A stretch of DNA of 63,744 bases, counting the filler, from Reticulomyxa filosa (Eukaryota > Protista > Foraminifera): the NCBI GenBank assembly GCA_000512085.1. It is 23 parts of 23 records of this genome, joined end to end, with 100 filler letters (N's around TTAATTAATTAA, not from the genome) between each part and the next. Parts side by side here need not be neighbours in the genome. Positions count along the whole stretch, not along the records: positions 24,624 to 26,070 come from ASPP01017905.1; positions 26,171 to 27,704 come from ASPP01001965.1; positions 27,805 to 33,454 come from ASPP01009744.1; positions 33,555 to 35,148 come from ASPP01038623.1; positions 35,249 to 37,493 come from ASPP01012737.1; 18 more parts are not named here. One strand, 5' to 3'. The notes beneath the pieces are model-generated. The model was not told the DNA's origin. It was given only the letters and a program-made list of their open reading frames with translations, and did not search any database. Shown here one piece after another: positions 24,981-37,593 of the stretch; the first letter of the stretch is position 1; each line of letters begins with the position of its first letter. A program made the position numbers and the translations under genes.

Positions 24981-26049
24981 AACATGTATATATAAACATA
25001 TATATATGTATATATAAAATAATAAACCTGTCAACAAGGTCGACTTGTGCTCCACATTGTAGCAATAGTTGTGCGATATCGATGTGATTGTAGCGACAAC
25101 TGATATGTAGGGGGGACCTTCGATCATAATCAACGGAATTGACTATAGTGTGTGAAAGATACATATACTTATCAAAAAAAAAAAAAATATATATATGTAT
25201 ATATATTTATATATATTTATATATATTTATATATATATATAAATATATGTGTACATATATGCATATATACATATATATGTATATTACCTGATAATAAGTT
25301 TTGTGCCGACACAATGCGCAAAACCTCTCGAAAATCACCAAGTTTGCAAGCGTGACACAGTTCGAACATAAGTACTCGATGATGTGTGGCTTCCAAGAAG
25401 CGATAGGACTTTTCCCCGATCTGTTTCATGTCCAGGCCTTCCAACTCGGTTTCAGCATCGATATTGACGGAGATGAAGCGCTTCATGGTGCGGAGCAGAG
25501 CAAACGTCCAGAGGCCGCTCCAGACGATGCCGACGACAGTGCCGAGACACTGCACAGCAAAGAAGGAGAGTGACTTGGTGGTGGCTCCAAAGACCAAGCC
25601 TGTGCCTTTGCTATTGGTCATATCACCATTGGCAAAGACGCCGACGAGCACCGTGCCAATGGCACCAGGGACGGCTTGCAGTGCAAACACGTCCAGCACG
25701 TCATCGATCTTGTACGTCCCCTTCAAAAGCTTGCCGACAAAGTAGCTGGACGTCGAGCCGCAAAACCCGACGGCGATGGCAAAGTACGGCGGGATAAACC
25801 CGCTGCCAGGGGTGATACTGGCGAGGCCACTGAAGCATCCATTCATGAGCGCCAGCACATGGAAGTATCCGTCGTCGCGATATTGCAGCGCAATTTGCAC
25901 CATCGCGCCCGTGCACGCGCTCATGTGCGTGCTGAACAGTGCAAGTCCCGAGATCTTGTTCGCCGCGTACGCACTCCCACCATTGAATGAGTACCATCCC
26001 GCCCAGGTGAATGATGCTCCGATTATTGCCAAAGGCAAATTGTGGTAAC
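24645..26049 (-). CDS. amt: Ammonium transporter (Amt/Mep) with C-terminal ankyrin repeats (partial at both ends)
   Basis: Exon 26049-25288: [53 protein letters not shown]. It splices in frame to exons 25142-25028 ([10 protein letters not shown]) and 24929-~24645 ([21 protein letters not shown]). Confidence 0.9.
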
Positions 26050-26834
26050 CTTTTTTTTTTTTTTTTTTTTNNNNNNNNNNNNNNNNNNNNNNNNNNNNNN
26101 NNNNNNNNNNNNNNTTAATTAATTAANNNNNNNNNNNNNNNNNNNNNNNNNNNNNNNNNNNNNNNNNNNNTCAATATTAATTTTTTAATTTTTTTTTTAT
26201 GTCGATTTGCTATTGTTTTTATAGTATGGAATGCTCAAAAGGACAACATGAGCATTATCAAAAGCAACATTTTCTCTGAAGCACGATATGACCTTCACAT
26301 TACTTGGGCATGTGTTGTTATGTTGTCAAGTAATTGTTTTAAACAATTCTATCATGCAATAAGTGATTCGTCAGCTGTTTCAGCTTCAACAGCCCCTTGT
26401 TTTTCTTTCTAGTTTTCAGCTGCAACTTTACTCATATTAGCTTTACTTTCACTTTGTCTAGTTTTTATGCGTTTGGTGATTTATTTACTGATATAGAAAT
26501 TCGGAAGAGTTTTTTAAGAAGTTGTTTTTTTTTTAAAGAAGTTTCTTTTTTAAAAAGAGTGTAAGACAAAGAAAAAATTCGTATTACATAATCTAGAAAC
26601 CGGATTTCTGAAAAAGAAGTGATCAAAACAGTTGGGTTTCCTTCTCATAAACTTGTACAAGTTCGTCAAGAAAAAGACATCCTTTCAAATGTAATATGTT
26701 TACTTCCAGCTGAAGCAGAGGGTAGTAGATCGCAAAGTTTGTTTTCAAAAACTACACGAAATGATACTAAAAACAAAAACAGGATTTTTTTTTTTTTTTT
26801 TTGAGAGTTGTTTGCATAAAAAATATAATGCATC

Positions 26835-27704
26835 ATGTCTTCTGAAAACGAAGCAGTAGTTGTAGAAGCACCAGCAAGAGAGCATGGCAATGAAAAGACG
26901 GCCTTGCCCGTTGATGTTCCCCCGGACGCGGTAGTGGTCGGCGGTTACAGCACGAACCTGAATGGAACAACAGAACCGACAGGAGGAAGTCATGTGCCCC
27001 CTTCGTCCTTGTCTTCGACCACAGCCACAGCAATGGGTGGAGACAGCACAAACCCCAGTGCGACGAATGGTTCAAGTAACGTGAGTTCAACAGCGGCGAG
27101 TGCGTTTAGCGTGCTGAAAGGCGCCTTCACGGAGGCCAAGTTGTTCACGAAGCATTTGACGGGCAAGATTATCGAAAGCAACGACGACCCCCGTGTTTCG
27201 CTTGCCTTGCAAAAACTTGACAGTTTTTTTTTTAAAAAAAAAAAAATCCCTTTCAAAAAAAAATTTTTTTTTTTATACGTATTTTTTTTTTTTTTTTATT
27301 AAAAAAAAAAATTTTATTTTAAAATTAAAAAAAAAAAAAAAAAAAGGGTACAAAGAAGAAATTGGGACATTGCTGCAAGCCAGTAACATGTTAAACGAAA
27401 GCTTGGACAAGACGTTGCAAGCGCACAAGTTGTTGATCCAGCAGTTGGATAATAGACCTCAGGTGCATACAGCCAACACGACGACAGCAGCGGCGACAGC
27501 GATAGCGACGACAGAAGAGAAGAAAAGCGAGGTCGCAGACCAACCGACAGTGGCGACGATGACCACGACGATGACGACAACAACGACAACGACCGTTGCG
27601 ACGAGTAACCATACCGTCAATGTGACCAAAATGAGGGAAGAAAAGGAGCTGAATGAACACGTCTTTACCACTGACCCTTCAAATAATAATAATAATAATA
27701 ATAA
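26835..27704 (+). CDS. Hypothetical protein, first two exons (possibly BAR-like helical N-terminal region)
   Basis: ATG at 26835, intron at ~27223-27346, continuing GYKEEIGTLLQAS... The BAR resemblance is weak. Confidence 0.55.
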
Positions 27705-27844
27705 NNNNNNNNNNNNNNNNNNNNNNNNNNNNNNNNNNNNNNNNNNNNTTAATTAATTAANNNNNNNNNNNNNNNNNNNNNNNNNNNNNNNNNNNNNNNN
27801 NNNNAAAAAAAAAAGTACGAAAATAATGGTGTGAAATGGACACA

Positions 27845-28171
27845 GGCATTTCAACCTTTTTGCAGGTCTGCTTGTCAATTCAAAGTTTGATATTTGTCCC
27901 AGAGCCTTATTTCAACGAACCAGGCTATGAAAGAAACATGGGACTCCCTGAATACACTGAAATATCGAATGATTACAATAAAAATATCCAGGAAAATTGT
28001 GTTCGCTGGGCGATGATTGATCTTTTGGAAAGCCCTCCAAAGTGCTTCGAAGAGGTCATCAAGACACATTTTAGACTGTCCAAAGATCGGGTGTTGGCAA
28101 ACGCCAAGAAGTGGTTAGGCGCTGACCATAAAATGGTAGGACAATTGGAAGGATTGTTAGCCAAATTGTAA
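27845..28171 (+). CDS. Ubiquitin-conjugating (UBC) domain C-terminus, BIRC6/BRUCE-UBE2Z type (last exon)
   Basis: STFLQVCLSIQSLIFVPEPYFNEPGYE..YNKNI..VRWAMID..PPKCFEEVIKTHF. Confidence 0.88.
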   Translation, partial: GISTFLQVCLSIQSLIFVPEPYFNEPGYERNMGLPEYTEISNDYNKNIQENCVRWAMIDLLESPPKCFEEVIKTHFRLSKDRVLANAKKWLGADHKMVGQLEGLLAKL

Positions 28172-28662
28172 AATCTTCAGAGTGTACAATCTTTGGAAAA
28201 AAAAAAACAAAGCCACTTCAAATCAATCGCGGATAGATGGAAACAAAAAATTAATAATAATCACAATCGTAACCGTCAAAGGAGGTCTTACACACAAAAT
28301 ACATGACTTGCACAATAATGTAAATCGTGGACGTTCAAAAAATTATTTCTTTTGATATTCCATTTGAAATTTTAAAATAACAAAATAAAATTGCTTTTGT
28401 GTCACTTGGATAACAAGCCTATTATCAATAATAATCCAAAAATATACACATTTGAAAGAACCAGGTTCAATTTCTATCTCTTAGTATTGCAATTTTGTCA
28501 GCACAAGTTTTGAAATGTAACTCCAAAAAGATCAAATTCGGCTGCGTGTGAATTTTCAGGTGGTTGACACTCCAAAAAAAAAAAAAAAAAAACTATTAGA
28601 ACAAGCATTTAGAAATACGTGCGTTTTCTTTGCGAATATTGACATCGCATTGACACACGATC

Positions 28663-29940
28663 ATGTCTGCCAAAAGAATAGCAGCACAGAAAGTGAGACG
28701 AATAAATAATAGTTTCAGTAATACTTTGAAACAGAAAAGAGAATTAGAAAAAAATGGAAAATCGGGTATAACAATTTGGAGTGTCTTTTTTTTTGGCTAA
28801 ATTTTTTTGCAAGAATTTCTCAGCATTCGAAATCAAAGAGAAAAATAAAAAATAAAAAAAGACAAGTAAAAATAAGTAAAAAAACGACGTGCACAATAGA
28901 CTCCAAGCGTACACTGAAATTTGAAACTTGTCCCAAATGCCATATAAAAGAGATGGATGGAAATACATTTAAGTTGTCACAACAGTTTTTGTACCCATGC
29001 ATTTGCAAAATGATCGATAATGGGTATTTAGAAATCGATTTCTCGAAAAACGTCGGAACAGCTATCTTGAGCGACTTGGAAAAAAAAGGACGGGGATGTT
29101 ATGAAATGAAATGTGTTTGTATAGTTGGTACCGAGAAGTTTGATGCAACAATTTTGTGGAAATTTTGCAAAGGAAGTACTTTCGCAAGAAATTGCCAACC
29201 CACGGTCTGCTCTTGCTTTATTTTTTTAATATAGCAAGCATTACAAATTGAAAGTTTTGAGGCAAAAAAAAAAAAAAAAAAGTGTGACAGCATGCGTATT
29301 ACGGTTGTTGCGAATGCATCCTTTACACTGGCCGAATCGGGTTGGGGAGCAATCGAATTGGTGATAAAAGGGCCAAAACTAGTGCAGAAGAAACCGTGTG
29401 GACGTCTTGGGGTTGGAATAAGCTTGAGCGCAGGGGGAGATTGGCCTGCCACTGTCGTCTATCTCAAAGACAAATGTCAATTAGAGACAAAGTTGGAATG
29501 TGCCGTTCGATACCCTCCTCATCTCAACGGTATGCAGTTCATAATTTATATTTATGTGCAAAAAAGTATACGTATAAAAATGATAGTAGTCAAATAATTA
29601 CAAACGCAAAAACGTATATAAAAGTAATGTATTTTGTTTTGGTTTGGTTTCGTTTGGTTTGGTTTGAAAAGCTGACATAAAAATTGATTGGGTGGCAAAA
29701 CACGATACGAGTATGCTACTTCATGCCAATACCAGTTTGTACGCCATGCTGTCGAACAAAGGTAATGATACGGACAACTCGGCGAGCGAGAGCCCTGTAT
29801 GTCTTAGTGACCATCAAAGATGTGAAAGTGTAACTGTTTCGAGTACATCTCCTCTTCTTGAGATCAAAAAGTCCCACCACCTGCAGTCCTACTCCCGCCT
29901 TATTTTTGGACAAGCCTCCTTTTCATGCTTTTTTTGTTGA
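28663..29940 (+). CDS. Hypothetical multi-exon gene (structure unresolved)
   Basis: ATG MSAKRIAAQK followed by a GTGAG donor, with coding-like blocks at ~28900-29204 and ~29283-29530. Confidence 0.35.
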
Positions 29941-32843
29941 TTTGGTGCGGTTCATCGAAGCTGATGATTTACTGAGTTTACTTCAAATAAATAAATAAAT
30001 AATTAAATGATTTTTGTTTTCGTCCGAAAAAAATTTTTTTTTTTTTTTTTTTTTTTTTGGAACAGAATTTAAAGCACTTGTTGCACCGTATAAACGACAG
30101 GAATTGAGAGACTTTTTATTTCAATCTGTGAAAATTGGATTTGACAGAAGAAATTGCTTGGATCTTATTGGATATCATCAACGGGTTGAGTTTCTCAAAT
30201 GGTTGGAAGCGATATTCTCATCAGAATTTGTGTTGGAAGTTAGTACAATTTTAGAAGAGGAGGGAAAAATGGAGACATAGGGGAATCAACAAAGTAATTT
30301 TTTTTTTTTTTGAGTAGTTTAGAAATATGTCATTTTGTAACATGTTAACATTTCGATAGACCTTTTGCGAGCAGCCCTCGGCGACAGATAATAAAGTTCC
30401 TTTTCAGACATCTTGCACGAAGGAGGGGGAGGGATTACTAGTCTATGTACTGCAGCAAATGAAAATTAGATATTCCTCAGAAACCTTCTATGCAAAGTTA
30501 AGGCAATTATTACGCCACTCGGATTGGTATCAAAACACAGTTTTGATGAATTTGATCTCATTTGAGAAAATTTCCATTTTAAAGGAAATCTACTCACTCT
30601 TGCAAAAATGGCCCCAACTCTTATCCCTTGAGGATTTTACTAAAAGATGTTTACGTAACAATAGGTATTTCATTTTGGTTTATTTACCCACAAGTTTCGC
30701 ACCCAACAAAAAATTTTTTTTTATTACATTTTGGAGGTTTGTTTGGAAATAGTATCAAGGCCATGATGACCCAATACAAGGAATATAACGCCCGGCAAGA
30801 ATGCGTTTTTTTGCACTATTGCGCTCCCTTGACTGACCAAATAAAACAACAACATCAAAATATCTGCAAAGCCGAGCAGATGTTTTGCATTTTAACTGAA
30901 ATTGAACAATTTATGCAAAAGTGTGCTTCCATGCACTTGGGCAATAAGGATAGATATTGTAATTTTCAAAAGACAAACTTCAATTGGAGAGTTTAATGCT
31001 GATCTCGATTGTCTGAACTAACAATCGAAGTAATAATTTTTTTTCGTGTGCTCGATTTTGACTGTCGGTTTGCAAAAAATGATCACGGTTTTCTTTTATA
31101 TTGTTTTGGTTTGGTTGTAGAAATAAAGCTACGACGAATTAATAGTAAAATTTCTTTTTCTTATGATAGAATTACTTCATTCACATGCCAAGACTATCAA
31201 AAGGAATTGTAAAAAAAAAACAAGGAAGAAAAAAGAGAATATTCAACCGTCTTTTTTAACAAGAGTTTAAACAAATAGTTCTAAGAAGTGACGCCAGTCA
31301 CTAAAAGGTTTGTATTTTTGGGAAAAACTTCTCAGGAAAGAAATAAACTACAAACAATAAGAGAAAGTGATCGACGGAGTAAGTAAAAGTTTAAGAGAAA
31401 AAAGATTTCAACGTTTTGAACGTTGTTACCAATTAAACATCATGTTTTTTAAAAATACAAACATTTGAAAAAATTTAAATCAAAAATAAGAGATAAAATT
31501 AAGCAATTTTAACAACAAATAAAAAACATTAAATTTGTTTGGATCAATAGCCAAATTTTTTGTTCGGTAATTTGAATCTCAAAATGCTTTTGTTTATTGT
31601 TTGAGTTGATCCCATTTTTCTTCGTTTAATTGTTTAAGTATTTATATGACAACTGCTTCGCCGTTTCGCTTAACGTTAGACTTGTTATAATTGTAAATTC
31701 GTTTTGTAAGCTTTTTATGTTGTGTAAATTTGATACGTTTGCAATGTTACGTCTAACATTGTATTTTCTCACTGTTTGGCTTGCCAGTTGCCAGTGATTA
31801 AGTGATTTTTTTTGATGTGGTTCAATGTCGAAAATTTCTAACAAACTTTATTGTTGATTTCCAGTATAAGTAATTAATATATTCCTACATTTGCAACTGG
31901 TTTTTTATTACATTTATTGCAATATTTTTAATCATAATATTTTCAAAACTGAAATATTTAATTGTATTATTCATGTTAATTCCTTTTGTTGATAGCCAAT
32001 GATATTTCGCAAATTTTATATTGTTATTTGTTGGGATTATCTTAGTGTAATTGTTGTAAAATGTTAAATCAATATTTCAGTATTATATAATGTTTAAACA
32101 ATTTATGTAGGTAATACAAACGCATATTATTAAACGTTTGCGTTTGATTGAACTTTGGATTTCCGTCAATGAACGAAATTAAAATATGACATGGCATTAC
32201 AAAATAATTGATGAAAACTACTACGATCATTCTAGCTTTTTACACAAACATTCAAAGATAACATTCTGTACATTAGAAATTACGTAAAGCAAACAGGACC
32301 AAATGTTCTCTTGTTGAAAAAAAGCGAACAATTGGAACGTCGATTTTCAAAGAGTTGTGTTATTTTTCGATCTGGTATTTGAAAGTTTGTTATGAACGCG
32401 ACACTTTAAATTTTTTCTGTACAATTATGCATTTCAGTGAGCCAACTGGACTCGAACAGTTTTTTTCTGTCGTTTTTTAGCAGAAAGAATTGACCTTTTG
32501 TTTTGATTCAATAAAAAACGCGAGTTATAGAACTGGAAAAACAAGTTAATATCTTAAACACACCAATCGACTTCAGAAAAAGAGACACTTTCTGATAAGC
32601 AACACTGTAGTAGATCCATTGAAAAAACAAGTTGGAATAAAGTTTAAGAGATCGAAAAGAGCAAAAAAAAAAATACAAATACAAATAAAACAAAACGATA
32701 CAAGAATTAGAAAAAAAAATGTTTTAAAAAAAAAATCGGTGGGAGTTGTTTATATCTTACAAGAAAATAAAAATAAAGGATTTTTCCGTTTTTTGGAAAT
32801 TGGGTTACAAAAAAATTACTAAAATTTATTGCAGCCATGTGTC

Positions 32844-33290
32844 TTAATGGTGATCATTCTCCAGGAAGGAATCAAAGTTTTGAGTGTAAAAGTGTTCTGG
32901 TGCGGATGGGAAATCACAATGCAAAAGGGTACCATTATAATGATCAGCATAATTGAAAGTGGAAATGATTGAAGAGGTGTCATCAAGTGCATCATAGTCA
33001 AACATTGAATGACAACACTTTTGCACAATAGAGTTATCACTATTATCACAAAGATTCAAAGTATCAGGCATATCGCAATCGTGTTGATAGCTGTTTGAAA
33101 CTTTCAAATCAAATAAACCCGAATCCGTATCACCCCATCCAGACAATGGACTGTCATTCAATGCATCGATATTGCTATCCATGTTTACTTCGGGTTCCAG
33201 CTGCTTCGATTCTAGCACGTCCACCTGCATTTCAATGGCATTGTATTCTTGCTGATGAAATTGTGGGGTGCAATCAAAATACGGTAAACG
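32844..33290 (-). CDS. 3' exon(s) of acidic hypothetical protein
   Basis: 174-aa ORF, Asp-rich, near the contig end. Confidence 0.45.
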   Translation of the reverse strand, partial: RLPYFDCTPQFHQQEYNAIEMQVDVLESKQLEPEVNMDSNIDALNDSPLSGWGDTDSGLFDLKVSNSYQHDCDMPDTLNLCDNSDNSIVQKCCHSMFDYDALDDTSSIISTFNYADHYNGTLLHCDFPSAPEHFYTQNFDSFLENDHH

Positions 33291-33554
33291 TTCCAAGACA
33301 AAAAAGTTTGTATTTATAAAGAAAATTGATTCGTTATTTTTTGTGCAGCCCCGTTTCGGCCATCCCACAGTGATGACGCCTTTTTTTGGATGAATGGGTG
33401 CAACAACAACAAAAAAAAAAAAAAAAAAAGATAAAAAAAAAAAAAAAAAAAAAANNNNNNNNNNNNNNNNNNNNNNNNNNNNNNNNNNNNNNNNNNNNTT
33501 AATTAATTAANNNNNNNNNNNNNNNNNNNNNNNNNNNNNNNNNNNNNNNNNNNN

Positions 33555-33590
<36 letters not shown>

Positions 33591-33745
33591 CTTGGGAAAA
33601 CGGTTCAAAGATATTGACAAAATTAGACGACGTGAAAAACTGTTGGTGGAAAAAAGTCTCAAATGGAAGGGAGAGACAACACGTGCTCAGACGCAAGAAC
33701 AAGTTGATTTTTTGTTGTTTTGATTTGGATTTCGTGCACTTTGTA

Positions 33746-33803
33746 CCGGGTTTTTAAAAACCCGGAATTCAAACCCTTTCGGTTCCAACGGAAGCGAAAG
33801 AGT
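33746..33803. repeat. Two adjacent hairpins
   Basis: Perfect 20-bp palindrome CCGGGTTTTTAAAAACCCGG (33746-33765), then CTTTCGGTTCC-AAC-GGAAGCGAAAG. Confidence 0.7.
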
Positions 33804-33971
33804 TATTGCGCATTTGCCAAAGCGAATGTGATCGACTAAAGCAAGAAAAAGATGTGCTCATTGAAGAAAACAAATCAAAGGAAACTTTGATCCGGGCTCT
33901 TGACGAGAGAGTCAATCCCTTAGTTATTTATTTATTTATTTTCTTTTAACGTTTCAATAGTCACGTCACTA

Positions 33972-34337
33972 ATGTTTTTTCTGATAACAATTTCGGGTGT
34001 TGAAAAAAAGGTTGGAAATGCAATGACGGAACTTTCTCGCACTGAACAAATATTGAACCGATCAGCCTCGTCGAAAAAGTTGGCGGATGAGCACATGCCT
34101 GACGCTCGTGACAACACTGACACCGATGTGCAAGCTCAGAACCATCGTCGTAAATTACACAAAAAAAGGTCTCGCAATGAAATGGAAGGTGACTCGACAA
34201 CGGACAACAATACGAAATCCAAATATGTTGTACATGATGAAACAAATGATAAAGACAGTCACATGCCTGTTAAAAAAAAAAGAAATACGAAAAGCACGTT
34301 TGAAGCAAATAAAATGCGTCTTGCTGTAAAGCTGTGA
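33972..34337 (+). CDS. Small basic hypothetical protein or last exon
   Basis: 121-aa hydrophilic ORF with NLS-like KKKR. Confidence 0.4.
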   Translation: MFFLITISGVEKKVGNAMTELSRTEQILNRSASSKKLADEHMPDARDNTDTDVQAQNHRRKLHKKRSRNEMEGDSTTDNNTKSKYVVHDETNDKDSHMPVKKKRNTKSTFEANKMRLAVKL

Positions 34338-34556
34338 ACATTTATTTATCCTTTTTTTTTTTCATACTTTTTTATTTACTCCATTTTTTGATTGAGTCTT
34401 ACATTCAATATAACGAATTCAAGCGACTGTTATCATCTTGGCTCACTGTCCTCTACGGGATATAATTTATTCAAAGATATTTTGACTTGCAAAAAAGATT
34501 ATAACTTTTTTTTAGAGCGAACTCTGTAAAAGGGTATTAACCCTTATTCCTTAAAA

Positions 34557-35028
34557 ATGGAAGGGGGTTTTCTATGTCATATTGATGATTTGCTAGCCTA
34601 CCACACAGTAAAAGTTGTGAAAGTGAAGAATCGATGGCTAGGGTTAACGCGATGGGCAATAGTAGGATTTATCCTAAGTATTGTCATTTGGCAAGTGTTT
34701 GTGGAGAACCAAGGTTACTATGCAGTGGATGAACCAATCGGCTCCGTTTCCACTTTGTTGAAAGGTCCTGCCGGGACGATTGACCCTTCGACTTACAATT
34801 ACTGCTCACAACACTACGTAAACGGCACAAACAGTAATGAGTTAGAAGAGATATCCTACAACAATCTTACGTGCAACGTATGTGACTCTGCCGACATCGT
34901 TGACCCTGCTGACCAAACAGATGCAATGTTTATCACAACTTCGCATCGTAATGTGGTGCAGCATCGATCTTGTGATCCAACCAAAGAATGTCTTTATCCG
35001 TGGTCTCCTACCCTTGATAACAGTACAA
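34557..35028 (+). CDS. P2X purinoreceptor (ATP-gated channel), first exon
   Basis: YHTVK (YxTxK motif), then KVKNRWLG, TM1, GY..EPIGSVSTLLKGP, YCS, C, FITT. This is collinear with Dictyostelium-type P2X N-termini. Confidence 0.88.
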
Positions 35029-35248
35029 GTACGTTTAGTACATAATTTCTTTTTTTTTTTTTTTTTTTTTTTTTTCCTTTTCCCCCCCCCCCCCCCCCCT
35101 CCCCAGCTTCGACCTCTTAGATGTACATTACACAAATTTTTTTTTTTTNNNNNNNNNNNNNNNNNNNNNNNNNNNNNNNNNNNNNNNNNNNNTTAATTAA
35201 TTAANNNNNNNNNNNNNNNNNNNNNNNNNNNNNNNNNNNNNNNNNNNN

Positions 35249-35442
35249 CCTTGATCGCTTTGGGTCAGAGTCACTTTCTCTTCTAACGTTAACCGAGATA
35301 TCAAGTCATTCACTCGCTCGCTTATTGGTAGATTGGGATTACAATATGGATAAGTATTTAGAGGATAATCTTGGCAAGTTTGACTACTTATTCCTTTGAA
35401 GATGAATAATGCAAGCACCACAACAGCATACATGTTCAACAT
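35249..35442 (-). CDS. Secreted GH3 beta-xylosidase/glucosidase, N-terminus (3' partial)
   Basis: Signal peptide followed by YPYCNPNLPISERVNDLISRLTLEEKV, the typical GH3 N-terminal motif. Confidence 0.85.
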
Positions 35443-36968
35443 TCTATTGAACTCTCAATTTTTCGGGCCAGAGTGTCAAAGATAAAAGTTACTTTTGTTT
35501 TCCAAACAAATACATGTCCTAAATCTTACAACTTTTGGAGGAAGATAAATTTCTTTGTGACGTCATGAAACCTTTGTTGTCTACACAACAAAATTAAAAA
35601 AAGCGACTTAAATAGAATGGCAAGTGAGACCATATTTCGATCAAACTTGTCATCTATAGAATGTACGATAGTACAACAAGAACAAAACCACAACCCACTA
35701 AACGAAATAAGGCAGTAATCCAAAAAAGAAAGAAATAATTAATAGCACTCCTCCAAAGATCTTATTAGTTTCCGCAAAAAAACACGTAGAAGCTGATTCG
35801 TCTTCTCTAGTCGCAATCAGAGAAACAAAAACATTGGAAATTAATCCACCCAAACGTTCGGCAGTGTTACCAGAGGAAATGACTGTTATCAAAGAAAGAT
35901 CGTATGCAAGAAAACTTTTCTTTTAGTTTAATGTAATATTTCAAAGCTAACAAACATAACCAAAAACAAAAGTGATGAAACAACATTTGAAAAGCCATTC
36001 TCAGAGCAAGTAGGCCAAAGCATTATTATATCCAAAAGACAGCGCCAAAGTTTTCGTTATTTGGCAGACAGAAGTATCGGCTCGTTGTCTGCGAACGGTG
36101 CTGAGTTGTCACAGATATCGTTTGATTCTAATGATGACCTTACCAAGCAAGAAAAATAGAAGTAATCTTCAATTTTTTTTGTTTTTCATATCCACATTTC
36201 CTTATAATGCTAGTTTTTTTTTGTATTGATATAAGTTTGTTCCCTTTTTACTTAAAAAAAAAAGGAAAGCACACCCATACCCCTCAAATTGAAAGATGCA
36301 AAGGTCTCAACTGTACTTTATGGTGTTCGACCGAATATCTTTTTCTCAAGGGAAACAAATCTAGCAGATTTAGAAAATGAACAGCATGTCATTTCATGCT
36401 TTCAAAATGATAATAAGTGGATACACGACCCAAACCCGCTCAATAACAGAAAATATTGCCAGCTGTTTTTTGCATTTAGTTTGAAATTTAAGTTATACTT
36501 GGTCATTGCATTGATGATATTGGATGCGCAATGGACTCCAGAAACACTTATGACTAATGAGAAAAGAAGAGTACTCCAAATAGCACAGTTCAAGTTTTCA
36601 AAGAAAAGGCACACATTTTAAAATTTCTTTCTTTGAGCCACAAAAAAAAGAAGTCAATTAATCTAAATAACCTTTTTTTGATGTTTCTGAAACAATGAAA
36701 AATTTAGCGTTGCTGTTGGTATCTGTGGAAGCATCTCAATTTGCTATTTGTTTTATCTCTCAAAACTGTACCAAAAAAAAAGCAATTTTTTGCAATTGAG
36801 AGCAGAAGTCAAAAAAAACATATAAAAAAAAGAAGAATCAAAACAAAAACGAGCAAAATGAAGCTGAAAATAATCAGAATATCCTTATCGAGTCACAGCT
36901 GCCTTTGCAAACAGTAGAGAATATTCTTTACTTATATTTACTATTCTCAATTCTAAGAATGACAATTA

Positions 36969-37493
36969 TTGCCCTTTACATGGGGCATTTATTCCAGTTA
37001 TAACAGCGAAAAATGTTTTTATTTTAACTATTTACAAATTTGGAGTTTTTTTGAACTGAACAGAACGCTAGACCTTTTATTGGTCGATTCATTATTGTTT
37101 TTATCTTATTTGTGGTATGAATTTAAGTATATAAAATATTGTGGCATATCAATTGTGGTCACTGCAAATATACTATATTTTATCAACTCAATCGCCGACA
37201 ATGATGGTTTTTCGTGGGAAAAAATTTGTTATTCGTGTCTTTTAATTAATTGTGGGAACTTGTCCATGATCAACAGCTTGTATCTTGTCAGTAAACAACA
37301 ATTATGCACCGGAGCTGAGACTTTATTCAATCGGATACAATTACATATAGAAAGAAAAGAACACACTTACATTATGAACAGTTTAATGCCAGCTCCGGTC
37401 ACAGAGCAAGTACTGCTCAAAGGAGAGACTCCAATTTATGGAAGAGACGTGACCGTTGGTTTTGTGTATTTTACATTTTACGACAAATTAACT
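36969..37493 (+). CDS. Membrane-anchored class III nucleotidyl cyclase-like protein (TM block and start of the cyclase domain; partial)
   Basis: Hydrophobic helices followed by ERKEHTYIMNSLMPAPVTEQV..DVTVGF, resembling E+..LL.S.LP..VA..VTILF. Probable upstream exons from an ATG at ~35617 were not resolved. Confidence 0.62.
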
Positions 37494-37593
37494 NNNNNNN
37501 NNNNNNNNNNNNNNNNNNNNNNNNNNNNNNNNNNNNNTTAATTAATTAANNNNNNNNNNNNNNNNNNNNNNNNNNNNNNNNNNNNNNNNNNNN

